From: an uncultured Candidatus Saccharibacteria bacterium
GTDB taxonomy: Bacteria > Patescibacteriota > Saccharimonadia > Saccharimonadales > EFPC-124
Assembly (NCBI GenBank): GCA_964550035.1
Contig: CAZJVU010000003.1
Span: 1,383 to 65,382, forward strand
Length of the DNA: 64,000 nt
Direction of reading: 5' to 3'
Every line of letters begins with the position of its first letter. Position 1 is the first letter of the stretch. Both the position numbers and the translations under genes were made by a program. Below, one piece after another: positions 7,019 to 16,521 of this stretch. The notes under the pieces are model-generated. The model was not told the origin of the DNA and made no database searches. It saw only the letters and a list, made by a program, of their open reading frames with translations.

Positions 7019-10000
7019 CTACTTCAGGGCAACACACTCGCTGCCCAGAAGTGACGCAATCGTCTGCTGTAGATCAATCGTAGGATTGACCGTAAAAGGC
7101 ATACGAACAGCCGACTTTTTAGCTGCTCCCAGAACCAGAATGACTTCGTTATCACCAGGAAACTCATTGAAGTGCTGCTTTAGCCGCATGAGGTGTTTCT
7201 CGTTGGTCGGGTCTTTGACGTGGACGTAGAGCTTTGGTGGGCCGATTTGCTTCGGCTTACTCGGAGCTTCTTCAAGGGGTCGATAGATAACTTTTGCATT
7301 CGCCGCATTGGTGGCAACGATGTTTGACTTGCCCTTCGGTGCCTTGGCTAGTTTGCCTGTGGCTTTGTAGGTGTTGAGCTCTTCTTCGGTGACAAGTATA
7401 ACTTCATCGGCGATGATTTTGACGTCATCGGTTATCTTGCCGTCTCGATCTTTGGCGCTGATCTTGCCTTTTACTTTCACGACCGCGTCTTGCGTGAGCT
7501 GTTCGCCGACCTCTTCGAAGAGGTTCGGAAAGACAATAATTTCCATTTCTCCGCTCTTGTCTTCGAGCCCCACGAAGGCCATCTTCGAACCGTTTTTAGT
7601 GTTGATGACACGATTGGTTGTGATGACGCCGCCGATAATCACTTGCTTGCCGTCCATTTCTTTCTTGATGTTAACAGTGGCAACGGTTTGTTCGCGAAAG
7701 TAGACGTCGTAGCGGTCCAGCGGGTGTGCGCTGAGATACAGGCCCAGCAAGTCGCGCTCCCACTGCAACTGCTCACGCTCGGTAAACTTGGTCGGTGCAG
7801 GGTCCATTTTCATGACCGGCGCCATGCTCTGGGCAACTTCCCCGCCGAACAGGTCGGTCTGACCACTAGCGGCGTCTTTCTGAAGCTTGGCGGCAAATGC
7901 CAAAATATTGTCGAGGTTAAAGAGCAAATTAGAGCGATCACCAAACTGATCAAACGCACCAGCTTTGATCAACGCTTCCCAACCCTTTCGGTTCACGACA
8001 CGCGTACTGACGCGCTTGGCGAAATCTTCTATGGAGGCAAACTTACCATCAGCCTCACGCACGCGGACGATTTCCTCGACAGCGCCGGCGCCCAAACCTT
8101 TGACCGCCACCAAACCAAAACGAATTTCGTTACTATCTGGCACAACACTGAACTCTTCGAACGACAAGTTAACGTCCGGCGACAAAACTTTCAGGCCCAT
8201 GCGTCGTGTTTCGGTGATCTCAATCGCCAAGCGGTCGGTGTCATCCTGGTCGCTGGTCATCAGCGCAGCCATGAACGCCGCGGGATAGTATGCCTTAAGG
8301 TACGCCGTCCAATAGGCGATCAGACCATAACACGCCGCGTGCGACTTGTTGAAACAGTAGGCCGCGAAATCTTCCAGCTGTTTCCAGAACTTCTCCATCT
8401 GGTCTTCGCGCGCACCATTCTTGACCGCGCCGGCGATGAACTCGACTTTCATCTTCTGCATCACGTCGATCTTCTTCTTACCGATCGCCTTACGAAGCGT
8501 GTCAGCCTGACCGCCAGTGAAGCCACAGAGCGTCTTGCTGATCTCCATCACCTGCTCCTGGTAAACCAAGATGCCGTAGGTGTTCTGCAACGCGTCTTTC
8601 ATGAGCGGGTGCATGTAGGTGATTTCTTCACGGCCGTGTTTGCGGTTAATGAAGCCGTCGATGAACTGCATCGGGCCCGGGCGGTACAGTGCGACCATGG
8701 CAATGATGTCGTCGAAAACCGTTGGCTTGAGCTCGCGCAGATAGCGCTTCATGCCGGCCGATTCCAACTGGAACACGCCGGTGGTGTCACCGCGCTGGAA
8801 CAGTTCGTATGTCTTGGTGTCGTCGAGCGGAATTTCACCGAGGTCGATATCGGCACCGTACACTTTCTTGACAATACGCAAGGTGTTTTTCAGGATGGTC
8901 AAGTTGGAGAGGCCCAAAAAGTCCATCTTGAGCAAACCAAGCGCCTCGATCTCGCCCATCGGATACTGGGTCGCGACAACGCCTTTCTGCGCCATTTCGA
9001 GTGGCACAAACTTCACAATATCATCAGGCGCAATCACCACACCACAGGCATGCACGCCGTGGCTACGGATGGTACCTTCCAGAATCATAGCGAAGTCGAT
9101 GACCTGCTTGCTCTGCGGGTTTGTCTCGTACTCTTTCTTGAGGTCTTGGTCCTCGACGATACTGACCTTCAGCGGAATGTGTCGACCCTGTACTGGCGCT
9201 GGCACAAGTTTGGCCAGACGGTCGGCATCGGCGTATGGAACCTGCATCACACGAGCCACATCGCGAATAGCGTTGCGAGCAGCCATCTTACCAAACGTCA
9301 CGATATTGGCTACGCGCTCGTCGCCGTATTTGCGCACACAATACTGCACCACCTCGTCGCGGCGCGTGTCCTGAATGTCGACGTCGACATCCGGCATGGA
9401 GATACGGTCCGGGTTAAGGAAACGCTCGAACAGCAGGCCATACTTCAACGGGTCAAGCTCGGTAATCTTGAGCGTATAGGCGATGATGGAACCCGCAGCC
9501 GAGCCACGCCCAGGCCCAAACACAATACCTTGGTCCTTGCCCCACTTAATAAAGTCCGACACGATCAGCATGTACCCGTTGAACCCCATGCCGTCGATGA
9601 CACCCAGCTCGTATTCGATGCGCTTCAGCACATCCTCCGAAAGTTGAGGCTTGATGTCTTCGATACTTGTCGCCCAGGCCTCTTCCTCAGACACGCCGTT
9701 ATAGCGCCAGAGCGCACCGGAATAGACGTTCTTGTCCAGGAATGACTTTTCTGTTTCACCCTCTGGCACGGGAAATTTCGGGATCAAGATCTTGCCGAAC
9801 TCAAGCTCGACATTACAGCGGTCAGCGATGGCCTTGGTATTGGTAATGACTTCGGGATGTTCCTCACCCCACCGGCTGATGAGATCTTTCGGATTCGTCA
9901 CGAACAAGTCCGTGTCCTTCAGGCTCATGCGATCCTGGTCGCTCAGGTATGCGCCAGTACCCACACACAGGAGAATTTCGTGTGCGTCTTGATCTTCGTG

Positions 10001-10681
10001 CTTGAGGTAGTGTGCATCGCACGTAACGACGGCAGGGATGTCGAGCTCTTTGCCGAGCTTGAAGAGCTTTTCGTTGACTTTTTTCTGCTGGTCCCAGTGC
10101 GTATGATCTTGGACTTCGATGTAATAACGGTCGCCAAAGACAGACTTGTACCATTTGGCGGCTTCGTAAGCTTTCTCGTCATTGTCGTAGCGGAAGTTCT
10201 CACCGAGCTCGCCACCGATACAACCAGAGAGGATGATCAGCCCTTCGTTGTATTTCTCGAGCAACTCGTGGTCGATGCGTGGCTTGTAATAGTACCCGTG
10301 CAGGTTGGCCTCGGTGCTGAGGCTCATGAGGTTCTGATAGCCCTGCATGTTCATCGCGAGGATGATGAGGTGGAAGCGCGACTTGTCCTTCTGTGGGTCT
10401 TTGTCGGTGTGCTTGCGAGGGGCGACGTATGTTTCCATACCAATGATCGGCTTGACGCCCTCCGCTTTGCAGGCGTTGTAGAACTCAATCGTCCCGCTAA
10501 GCGTTCCGTGGTCGGTCATAGCAATGGCTTCCATGCCCATTTCCTTGACATGACGAACCATGTCCGGCGCTTTCTGCAAACCGTCCAGAACGCTGTGATG
10601 CGTGTGATTGTGCAAGTGCACGTAGTCAGATGGCTTGAGATCAGCCGCTGCCACTTGGTTACTACCCCCTTTACCCGCCAA
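7019..10681 (-). CDS. dnaE: DNA polymerase III alpha subunit
   Basis: 1220 aa. N-terminal PHP domain (YVHLHNHTHHSVLDG), a polymerase core and a C-terminal OB fold. Apparent TTG start. Confidence 0.95.
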   Translation of the reverse strand: MAGKGGSNQVAAADLKPSDYVHLHNHTHHSVLDGLQKAPDMVRHVKEMGMEAIAMTDHGTLSGTIEFYNACKAEGVKPIIGMETYVAPRKHTDKDPQKDKSRFHLIILAMNMQGYQNLMSLSTEANLHGYYYKPRIDHELLEKYNEGLIILSGCIGGELGENFRYDNDEKAYEAAKWYKSVFGDRYYIEVQDHTHWDQQKKVNEKLFKLGKELDIPAVVTCDAHYLKHEDQDAHEILLCVGTGAYLSDQDRMSLKDTDLFVTNPKDLISRWGEEHPEVITNTKAIADRCNVELEFGKILIPKFPVPEGETEKSFLDKNVYSGALWRYNGVSEEEAWATSIEDIKPQLSEDVLKRIEYELGVIDGMGFNGYMLIVSDFIKWGKDQGIVFGPGRGSAAGSIIAYTLKITELDPLKYGLLFERFLNPDRISMPDVDVDIQDTRRDEVVQYCVRKYGDERVANIVTFGKMAARNAIRDVARVMQVPYADADRLAKLVPAPVQGRHIPLKVSIVEDQDLKKEYETNPQSKQVIDFAMILEGTIRSHGVHACGVVIAPDDIVKFVPLEMAQKGVVATQYPMGEIEALGLLKMDFLGLSNLTILKNTLRIVKKVYGADIDLGEIPLDDTKTYELFQRGDTTGVFQLESAGMKRYLRELKPTVFDDIIAMVALYRPGPMQFIDGFINRKHGREEITYMHPLMKDALQNTYGILVYQEQVMEISKTLCGFTGGQADTLRKAIGKKKIDVMQKMKVEFIAGAVKNGAREDQMEKFWKQLEDFAAYCFNKSHAACYGLIAYWTAYLKAYYPAAFMAALMTSDQDDTDRLAIEITETRRMGLKVLSPDVNLSFEEFSVVPDSNEIRFGLVAVKGLGAGAVEEIVRVREADGKFASIEDFAKRVSTRVVNRKGWEALIKAGAFDQFGDRSNLLFNLDNILAFAAKLQKDAASGQTDLFGGEVAQSMAPVMKMDPAPTKFTEREQLQWERDLLGLYLSAHPLDRYDVYFREQTVATVNIKKEMDGKQVIIGGVITTNRVINTKNGSKMAFVGLEDKSGEMEIIVFPNLFEEVGEQLTQDAVVKVKGKISAKDRDGKITDDVKIIADEVILVTEEELNTYKATGKLAKAPKGKSNIVATNAANAKVIYRPLEEAPSKPKQIGPPKLYVHVKDPTNEKHLMRLKQHFNEFPGDNEVILVLGAAKKSAVRMPFTVNPTIDLQQTIASLLGSECVALK

Positions 10682-10784
10682 AAAAGACAGGCCTTATGTA
10701 TATAAGTATAGCGCGCTTTAGGCGCATAAGCGTGTTGTGAAAATTATGGCTGCGGCCCTATCTCCTATCTGTTGAAATAGAGAC

Positions 10785-11345
10785 ATGAGGAGCCTTCGGA
10801 AAGCTTTTCGAACTATCAAAAGAGAAAACTTCCTCCTGCCGGCATACGCGAACGACGCCGCACTGGATGCACCACTCCCTATCGGCTTTGGTCAGACAAA
10901 CAATCAACCAACAACCGTGAGGGCAATGCTCGAATGGCTGGATGTCGGCCCAGGAGATAAGGCACTCGATGTGGGTGCGGGCTCTGGTTGGACATCGGCA
11001 TTACTCGCCTATATGGTTGAGCCTGAGAATGTCTACGCTGTCGAAACAACTCCTGAGCTAGTCGATACAACGCGCAAGAATTGCTCGGCGGTCGGCGCAC
11101 GGAATGTAAAAGTCTTCAGAGCAACCAGCACCACGACCGGCCTCCCATCCCACGCGCCGTACGATCGCATACTCGTCAGCACGAGTGTCGAGTCCATCCC
11201 CGAAGAACTTATCGACCAGCTCAAAGTCGGCGGCAAGATGGTCATTCCCGTCCACGATACCGTCCTCGAAATTATCAAGATCACCCAGAAGCGCCTCGAT
11301 ATCATCCCGCACCGCGGGTTCGCCTTTGTCCCAATCGCGGGCTAG
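10785..11345 (+). CDS. pcm: Protein-L-isoaspartate O-methyltransferase
   Basis: SAM-binding motif LDVGAGSGWTSALLA plus PYDRILVSTSVESIPEELIDQLKVGGKMVIPV. Confidence 0.8.
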   Translation: MRSLRKAFRTIKRENFLLPAYANDAALDAPLPIGFGQTNNQPTTVRAMLEWLDVGPGDKALDVGAGSGWTSALLAYMVEPENVYAVETTPELVDTTRKNCSAVGARNVKVFRATSTTTGLPSHAPYDRILVSTSVESIPEELIDQLKVGGKMVIPVHDTVLEIIKITQKRLDIIPHRGFAFVPIAG

Positions 11346-11356
11346 CTCTCGCGCAT

Positions 11357-11395
11357 AACAATACGCCCAGCCACAAAAGGCGAAGGCGTATTGTT
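11357..11395. terminator. Core-genome bidirectional terminator
   Basis: AACAATACGCC...GGCGTATTGTT, an 11-bp stem with A/T-containing arms between convergent genes. Confidence 0.6.
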
Positions 11396-11412
11396 TGCCA
11401 GACAAGCTCTTA

Positions 11413-11694
11413 CTATCGAGGCTTCGTCGTCTGGATAGAGTGCTGAATAGTCTGCGTGAAGTGTCCGATGAATGGGATTTCATTGAGGAACGAGAGCGCC
11501 CATAGCAGGATCGCGATCATCAGTGTTCCGCCAATGACGCTGCCAAACCCAAAGACGATGCCGCGCACAAAGTTCATCTTGTAGACTTTGTAACGGTTCT
11601 TGTAGTAATCGTCAAATAGATCCTCAAGAAAGCCACGTGTTGCGCCTTGGGCTTGGTCGTCCTTGAACTTCTGTACTGCTTTCTTCGCGCTCAT
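11413..11694 (-). CDS. Small membrane protein (93 aa)
   Basis: C-terminal hydrophobic helices (GIVFGFGSVIGGTLMIAILLWALSFL). Possibly DUF5665-like, from memory. Confidence 0.55.
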   Translation of the reverse strand: MSAKKAVQKFKDDQAQGATRGFLEDLFDDYYKNRYKVYKMNFVRGIVFGFGSVIGGTLMIAILLWALSFLNEIPFIGHFTQTIQHSIQTTKPR

Positions 11695-11697
11695 AGG

Positions 11698-12042
11698 CTA
11701 CTTCTTGCGAGCAGACTTTTTCTCATCGTCTTCTTCCCAAGCATCTTGCGCGCTCTCGGCCGCACGAGTTGCTCGAGCCTTCAGATCTTCGGCGCGTGCT
11801 TTTGCTTCGTCGGCAGCTTCGCGGGCTCGGCCTTTAACTTCCTCGGCTACCTCTTCAGCCTTTGCTGCGGCCTTTGTCTTGACCTCAGCTGCTTTGACGC
11901 TAGCCTTCTCTTCTACTTCAGTTTTCTTGCGCTTGATGTCGCTACGAGTTTCTTTACCGCTCTTTGGTGCGGTGAGCAAACCAGTGACAACACCAGCTAC
12001 TGCGCCCAGAATGAGCCCTAGACCAAACTTTGCCTTCTTCAT
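11698..12042 (-). CDS. YtxH-domain general stress protein
   Basis: N-terminal GLILGAVAGVVTGLLTAPKSGKETR motif followed by a Lys/Glu/Ala-rich helical tail. Confidence 0.75.
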   Translation of the reverse strand: MKKAKFGLGLILGAVAGVVTGLLTAPKSGKETRSDIKRKKTEVEEKASVKAAEVKTKAAAKAEEVAEEVKGRAREAADEAKARAEDLKARATRAAESAQDAWEEDDEKKSARKK

Positions 12043-12060
12043 AGTACTTTGCTCCTTATA

Positions 12061-12327
12061 TTAGTCTTTTTTATCACGCTTGCCCTGCCGGTCGGTAAAC
12101 CGTTGAATCTGGTCCATGACAAATCGTGATACAACTGCGGGAGCAACGGCCTTCTGTATATTGCCGGCGATAGTCTCAAACGTCGCCGTAACACGCTCAG
12201 CCGTCGTTGTTACTCGCTGAATCTGGCGAGCCACCTTGATAAGGATGATCACCAAGACGATCGCCAATATCAGAAAGATTGCCAGCGTAGTTGCGAGAAT
12301 TGCCACGAGAACTTGTGATGCGTCCAT
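12061..12327 (-). CDS. Small membrane protein, DUF948-like
   Basis: One N-terminal TM helix followed by a helical tail. Commonly found next to YtxH genes. Confidence 0.5.
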   Translation of the reverse strand: MDASQVLVAILATTLAIFLILAIVLVIILIKVARQIQRVTTTAERVTATFETIAGNIQKAVAPAVVSRFVMDQIQRFTDRQGKRDKKD

Positions 12328-12368
12328 TCGATATCCTTTTCGTTAGTTGCTTTTAGTATATATCAGCG

Positions 12369-12632
12369 CTAGGCCTTGGCGCCACCACCGCGAACAGCTT
12401 TGACGATAGCCAGCAGAATAACGGAGCCGAGTACAGCGACGAGTAAGCTCCACACGTTGAACCCTGTCATGCCAGCGCCACCGAAGAGCGACACAACAAA
12501 TCCACCGATCAAACCACCGATGATACCGACAATGATGTTCGCCATCAAGCCCATAGACTTATCGGTGTCCATAACCATGGATGCGATCCAACCGGCTAGA
12601 CCACCGATGACAATCCAACTTATAAGTCCCAT
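12369..12632 (-). CDS. GlsB/YeaQ/YmgE-family stress membrane protein
   Basis: MGLISWIVIGGLAGWIASMV...IIVGIIGGLIGGFV is the family signature. Confidence 0.8.
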   Translation of the reverse strand: MGLISWIVIGGLAGWIASMVMDTDKSMGLMANIIVGIIGGLIGGFVVSLFGGAGMTGFNVWSLLVAVLGSVILLAIVKAVRGGGAKA

Positions 12633-12789
12633 ATCTCCTCCTTACTTTATGTTACTGATTTTATAGTAATTTACACAGCAATAGGGGTGCTGCGAAAGAT
12701 TTCGCTTCGCACTTGAATAACACTATGAAACGTTATATGGTTAACAATTTATCGTACCTGCACGAACGGGAACGGAAGAATAACACCGT

Positions 12790-12809
12790 GAGCCTCCTCG
12801 CCAGGAGGC
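12790..12809. terminator. Hairpin at the left edge of the F/G cassette
   Basis: AGCCTCCT-cgcc-AGGAGGCT followed by ttgtc. The motif aggaggctt recurs after ORF F (13489-13497) and after ORF G (14201-14209). Confidence 0.45.
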
Positions 12810-12828
12810 TTTGTCATGCGTAGCTATA

Positions 12829-12857
12829 CTTGCCACGTCTTCATATCAATGACATAC
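12829..12857 (+). promoter_or_regulatory. Promoter for ORF F (TTGCCA-N17-CATACT)
   Basis: The spacer ends in aatgacata, which is shared with the ORF G promoter. An 8-bp inverted repeat AATGACAT/ATGTCATT overlaps the -10 box. Confidence 0.5.
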
Positions 12858-12914
12858 TATGCATGTCATTCGCTAACACGGATCTAGCGAGTACTGCGAA
12901 CAGAGAGTGAGACG

Positions 12915-13433
12915 ATGCCCACCGAGGACGAGGTCAACGAGCGTGTGTTCAAACTCATGATGATCGGCCTGAACTGGGTCCAGGAGAAAAGCTCCGCGAA
13001 TGTCGCGAACACCCTTGCGGGATGGACAGGCAACGGCATCCTGCTGACCCTGGGCGCCACCGGCGCACTTCCCCGATCGGCTTGTCGTCTGATCACGAGC
13101 AATCCATCCACGGAGTTGCGCAACTTCACCTACCAGCGGGCCCACCTGGTGTCCAAGCGGGCGGGCGCGCGCGTCTACGCCAACAGTCCGCTGATCACGA
13201 ACAACAGGAAACTGCTTGTGGTGTTGGTCTCGACGCCGATGTACTTCGGCGACATGCTCTTCAGGCCGAGAGGCTACAAGCTCCTGGTCAGCGATCGCGG
13301 CAAGTTGTTCGCGCAAACAGCCGCCGCCGAGTTCGAGGCCACACTGACCCGGCAGAAGTTCATGGACGCCTGGGACCAGCACGTCGACAAGATGAAGAAC
13401 ATGTACGGCTCGCTGAACGGCCCGCGGCAGTAA
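12915..13433 (+). CDS. Cassette ORF F: hypothetical protein (172 aa), paralog of ORF G
   Basis: GC3-rich. Compare MPTEDEVNERVFKLMMIGLNWVQE and YFGDMLFRPRGYKLLVSDRG with the ORF G motifs. Confidence 0.7.
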   Translation: MPTEDEVNERVFKLMMIGLNWVQEKSSANVANTLAGWTGNGILLTLGATGALPRSACRLITSNPSTELRNFTYQRAHLVSKRAGARVYANSPLITNNRKLLVVLVSTPMYFGDMLFRPRGYKLLVSDRGKLFAQTAAAEFEATLTRQKFMDAWDQHVDKMKNMYGSLNGPRQ

Positions 13434-13445
13434 CACATCCGCACC

Positions 13446-13494
13446 GCCTCCGTGGCGGGGCCCGCATGCAAAATGCTGGGTCCCGCCAGGAGGC
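13446..13494 (+). terminator. Compound GC hairpin after ORF F
   Basis: Outer stem GCCTCC/GGAGGC encloses an inner stem GGCGGGgCCC/GGGtCCCGCC. Confidence 0.6.
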
Positions 13495-13511
13495 TTTGTT
13501 CTATAGAATAC

Positions 13512-13540
13512 TTGCACGAACAATACAAAAATGACATAAT
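13512..13540 (+). promoter_or_regulatory. Promoter for ORF G (TTGCAC-N17-CATAAT)
   Basis: Same layout as the ORF F promoter, with the shared aatgacata element. Confidence 0.5.
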
Positions 13541-13606
13541 ATCTAAGTCCCTCGCTGGTCAATGGACCATACTGCCAGCGTGAGTATACGATTTCGGAGG
13601 ATGAGA

Positions 13607-14155
13607 ATGCCAACCGAAGAAGAAACGGCCGAGCAGGTACTCGACCTGCTGGTGCTGGGCTTAGCCTGGGTCCAGGAACAAGCCTTGACGCGGTCATCCA
13701 GAGGACTCCTGGGATGGCTGGGCGTCGGTGTGCTCCGCACCATGGGCGAGCTCGACGTCCTCGACACGCAAACCTGTCGACAGGTCACTAACGACCCGCC
13801 CAGGTACGTGCGCGACTATGCATACAGCAGAATCCACCTGGAGCAGCTGTCTGGTCGGCGCAACGCGCATGGGCGGGTGACTCTTCCTGGGAGGCCGGCA
13901 CTCCGAGTGTTGATGCGCGAAAGCGACCGACTGGTCCTGGTGATGGTTCACTCCAGCGCGTACTTCGGCGACATGATCTTCAAGCCGAAGGGCTACAAGC
14001 TCATAGTCAGCGACCGGGGCCAGGAACACGCGCGCGGCGTCGCCGAGCGCTACAGCTCGCTGGACCGACAGGCGTTCCTGGATGGATGGGGGGACCAGGT
14101 GCGCATCATGCGAAATGCCTACAGCACGTTTGTCCCGAGCCGCAGGCGCCGATGA
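13607..14155 (+). CDS. Cassette ORF G: hypothetical protein (182 aa), paralog of ORF F
   Basis: Start moved to the ATG at 13607, which lies 6 nt after GGAGG and aligns MPTEEETAEQVLDLLVLGLAWVQE with the ORF F N-terminus. YFGDMIFKPKGYKLIVSDRG is conserved. Confidence 0.7.
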   Translation: MPTEEETAEQVLDLLVLGLAWVQEQALTRSSRGLLGWLGVGVLRTMGELDVLDTQTCRQVTNDPPRYVRDYAYSRIHLEQLSGRRNAHGRVTLPGRPALRVLMRESDRLVLVMVHSSAYFGDMIFKPKGYKLIVSDRGQEHARGVAERYSSLDRQAFLDGWGDQVRIMRNAYSTFVPSRRRR

Positions 14156-14160
14156 AACCC

Positions 14161-14208
14161 GCCTCCTCGGTGAGGCCCGCCACGACGGCCGGGCTTCGCC
14201 GAGGAGGC
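14161..14208 (+). terminator. Long GC hairpin after ORF G
   Basis: GCCTCCTCGG...CCGAGGAGGC outer stem with an inner GGCCCG/CGGGCt stem. Confidence 0.7.
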
Positions 14209-14274
14209 TTCTTCAATTCTAGAAATTTTTCTCAGGTAAACTCTGGACAAAAGCGGTATCATAGTACATGAGGC

Positions 14275-15048
14275 ATGAGAGACAAGACAGCACCAGACTA
14301 TTATCGGATATTGGGCCTCGCGCCAACCGCGACCGATCTTGAAATTAAAGCAAGCTACCGCGCGCTGTCCAAGAAACACCACCCGGACATGGGCGGTAGC
14401 CATGCCGACATGGCAACTATAAATGCCGCATACCGCGTGCTTTCTGATAAGTTCAAGCGTAACATTTACGACGCCGAGCGAAAGCGCGCTATCCACGTGC
14501 CGCCACGGACCACTCCAACCACCGCGCAACAGGCCGCCAACGCTCGCCGACCAGCTCCTCGCGCTCACGCACAAACCCAGTTCACGGCTCACCCACGACG
14601 CCGTGCGAATTGGTGGGTACGACTGGCTTGGGGTTTTGCCGGGCTGGTGGTCGCCATTGGTCTTATCACACACCTACCCATCGCCGAAGCGTTGAGCGCG
14701 AATACACCGGATGCGCCCACGACGCAGCCGCTCAACGTAACCTACGAACCCGCCACAACCGCTTCGACGCCGACCGCTTCATCGACAACACCGAGCACAG
14801 CCATCGCTGCTCCTCAAACGTCTGAAGGAACACCCGCGCCAACCGTCACGACACCTTCGCCAGAGCAGCAGAAGACAGAATCTTGCGATACAGCGAACGA
14901 TGAACCATGCCAGCAGACAGCAACCAAGAAAAACTGCGTCACCAAATCAATCGGTTTCTACAAACACACTGTCTGCGCTAACCCTGGTGGTACCACAACG
15001 TGCGAGACCACGCTCGGCACCACCTATCGCAACACAAGCTGCCGCTAG
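14275..15048 (+). CDS. J-domain (DnaJ-like) membrane protein
   Basis: DYYRILGLAPTATDLEIKASYRALSKKHHPDMGG with the HPD motif, then a TM helix and a Thr/Pro-rich, Cys-containing tail. Confidence 0.8.
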   Translation: MRDKTAPDYYRILGLAPTATDLEIKASYRALSKKHHPDMGGSHADMATINAAYRVLSDKFKRNIYDAERKRAIHVPPRTTPTTAQQAANARRPAPRAHAQTQFTAHPRRRANWWVRLAWGFAGLVVAIGLITHLPIAEALSANTPDAPTTQPLNVTYEPATTASTPTASSTTPSTAIAAPQTSEGTPAPTVTTPSPEQQKTESCDTANDEPCQQTATKKNCVTKSIGFYKHTVCANPGGTTTCETTLGTTYRNTSCR

Positions 15049-15929
15049 TCGGCTTGCTTGAGGCGCTCTTCGAGGTACGTACGAAATGCCGGACCGAGCT
15101 TTGGGTCAACCAACGCATGGTCGACGATGGCCTGCAGGTAGCGCGACTTGTCGCCGGCGTCGTGCCACACACCCTCGATAACCTGGCCGTAAACCGCTGA
15201 CTTCTGAGCCAACTCACCGATTGAATCGCCAAGCACTAGTTCGCCACCATGGCCAACCGTCTCGCGCTCCAGAATCTCCCATATGTCAGGCGTCAGGAGG
15301 AAGCTACCCACAGACGCATAGAGCGACGGCGTATTCTCAGGGCCTGGTTTCTCGACGAATCCGCTCAGTTTGACCGTGCCACTGTCTTCTTCGCCATCGG
15401 GAATGGCAATACCTAGACGCTTGGTGTCTTCTGGCTGGACATTGACGAGTGATATGACGCTGCTCTGTGTTTTCTTGTAAGCTTCGAGCAGCTGCAGCGG
15501 ATACGGCACTTCGCTGCGGAAAAAGTCATCCGCAAAGATAACAAAGAATGGCTCATCGTCGTCGATAAGATGGCGGGCGTTAAGGACCGGGCGGGCATTC
15601 CCCTTCGGCGTGCCTTTCTGGCGGACGTATACGAAATTGGCCAAGTTGCCAATCTTCTCTACCTGTTCAGCCAGTTCATCTTTGCCCTTGGCGCGGAGCT
15701 CGTTCTCCAGCTCTTCAGAACGGTCGAAGTGATCTTCCAGCGCGCGCTTGGTGTAGCCGGTCACGATAATGACCGTCTCCACGCCAGCGGCAACCAAGTG
15801 CTCCACGATGATCTGAATCACCGGCTTGTCGACAATCGGCAGCATCTCTTTCGGCATGGCCTTGGTCTGCGGCAAAAACCGAGTGCCGAGTCCGGCAGCG
15901 GCGATGATGGCTTTGGTTGGCATTTTCAT
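15045..15929 (-). CDS. galU: UTP--glucose-1-phosphate uridylyltransferase
   Basis: Trimmed to MKMPTKAIIAAAGLGTRFLPQTKAMPKEMLPIVDKPVIQ, the GalU signature. The longer track ORF overlaps the upstream gene. Confidence 0.85.
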   Translation of the reverse strand: MKMPTKAIIAAAGLGTRFLPQTKAMPKEMLPIVDKPVIQIIVEHLVAAGVETVIIVTGYTKRALEDHFDRSEELENELRAKGKDELAEQVEKIGNLANFVYVRQKGTPKGNARPVLNARHLIDDDEPFFVIFADDFFRSEVPYPLQLLEAYKKTQSSVISLVNVQPEDTKRLGIAIPDGEEDSGTVKLSGFVEKPGPENTPSLYASVGSFLLTPDIWEILERETVGHGGELVLGDSIGELAQKSAVYGQVIEGVWHDAGDKSRYLQAIVDHALVDPKLGPAFRTYLEERLKQAD

Positions 15930-15939
15930 ATTTTGTGGA

Positions 15940-16512
15940 CTACCCTTCCTTTTTATCATCAATAAATGCCGCGACACGGCGCAGCAACACCTTGTATTCT
16001 GGCTCGCCAAAGTGCGTTGTGTCAATCGGCCAGACCTCACCGACATCGAGCGGCGCGTATCTCACGCTGTCTGCTTCGTCGTCGCTGGCATTGTAATTGA
16101 GCGCGTCGACGTGGCCAGGGTGACGCTCGCCATTCTCATTGCGAGCGATGAATCGCCGGCGACGCTCTTCAGGGTCAAGGTCGCAGTAAATTTGAATACA
16201 ACGAGCCTCGTACGTCGAAACGATCGCGCTTAACCGCTCGTCTGTAAGTGATTTATAGAAAGCACTCTCAAGTATAAAATCCCGGCCACTTGCCAACATA
16301 GCCTCGGTTAACGGATACAACATCTCGCTTGCCGCTCTCCCAAGTGTTGTTGACCATTCACGGTCCTTTACGCCCATTTTATCGAACATAAAGTCTTTGA
16401 GATCGTCTTTACGCATACTGTGCATACCGAGGTCTTCGGCGAGATGCTTTGCGAGTGTCGATTTTCCCGCGCCCGGCTTACCGTGCACGATGATCAAAAT
16501 AGGTTTTTTCAT
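15940..16512 (-). CDS. P-loop kinase / AAA-family ATPase
   Basis: Walker A motif GKPGAGKSTLAKHL in a 190-aa protein. Confidence 0.6.
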   Translation of the reverse strand: MKKPILIIVHGKPGAGKSTLAKHLAEDLGMHSMRKDDLKDFMFDKMGVKDREWSTTLGRAASEMLYPLTEAMLASGRDFILESAFYKSLTDERLSAIVSTYEARCIQIYCDLDPEERRRRFIARNENGERHPGHVDALNYNASDDEADSVRYAPLDVGEVWPIDTTHFGEPEYKVLLRRVAAFIDDKKEG

Positions 16513-16521
16513 CAGCCTAGC

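Noticed and set aside
7490-9745. 751-aa plus-strand ORF, plus smaller ORFs at 7371-7703, 8751-9374 and 9857-10705.
   Set aside because: These lie entirely antisense to dnaE, whose product has clear PHP and polymerase motifs. Their products are low-complexity (Val/Leu/His/Arg-rich) shadow ORFs.
12725-12823. 32-codon ORF (MKRYMVNNLSYLHERERKNNTVSLLARRLCHA) upstream of ORF F.
   Set aside because: It has no SD, and its 3' third is simply the hairpin at 12790-12809. It is most likely non-coding spacer.
12873-13697. 274-aa minus-strand ORF spanning ORF F and the start of ORF G.
   Set aside because: It runs straight through the F terminator and the G promoter. The plus-strand ORFs F and G are mutually homologous and each has an SD, so the minus ORF is a shadow.
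14119-14673. 184-aa minus-strand ORF antisense to the J-domain gene.
   Set aside because: The plus-strand gene has an unambiguous J domain with HPD. The antisense ORF also runs across the ORF G terminator.
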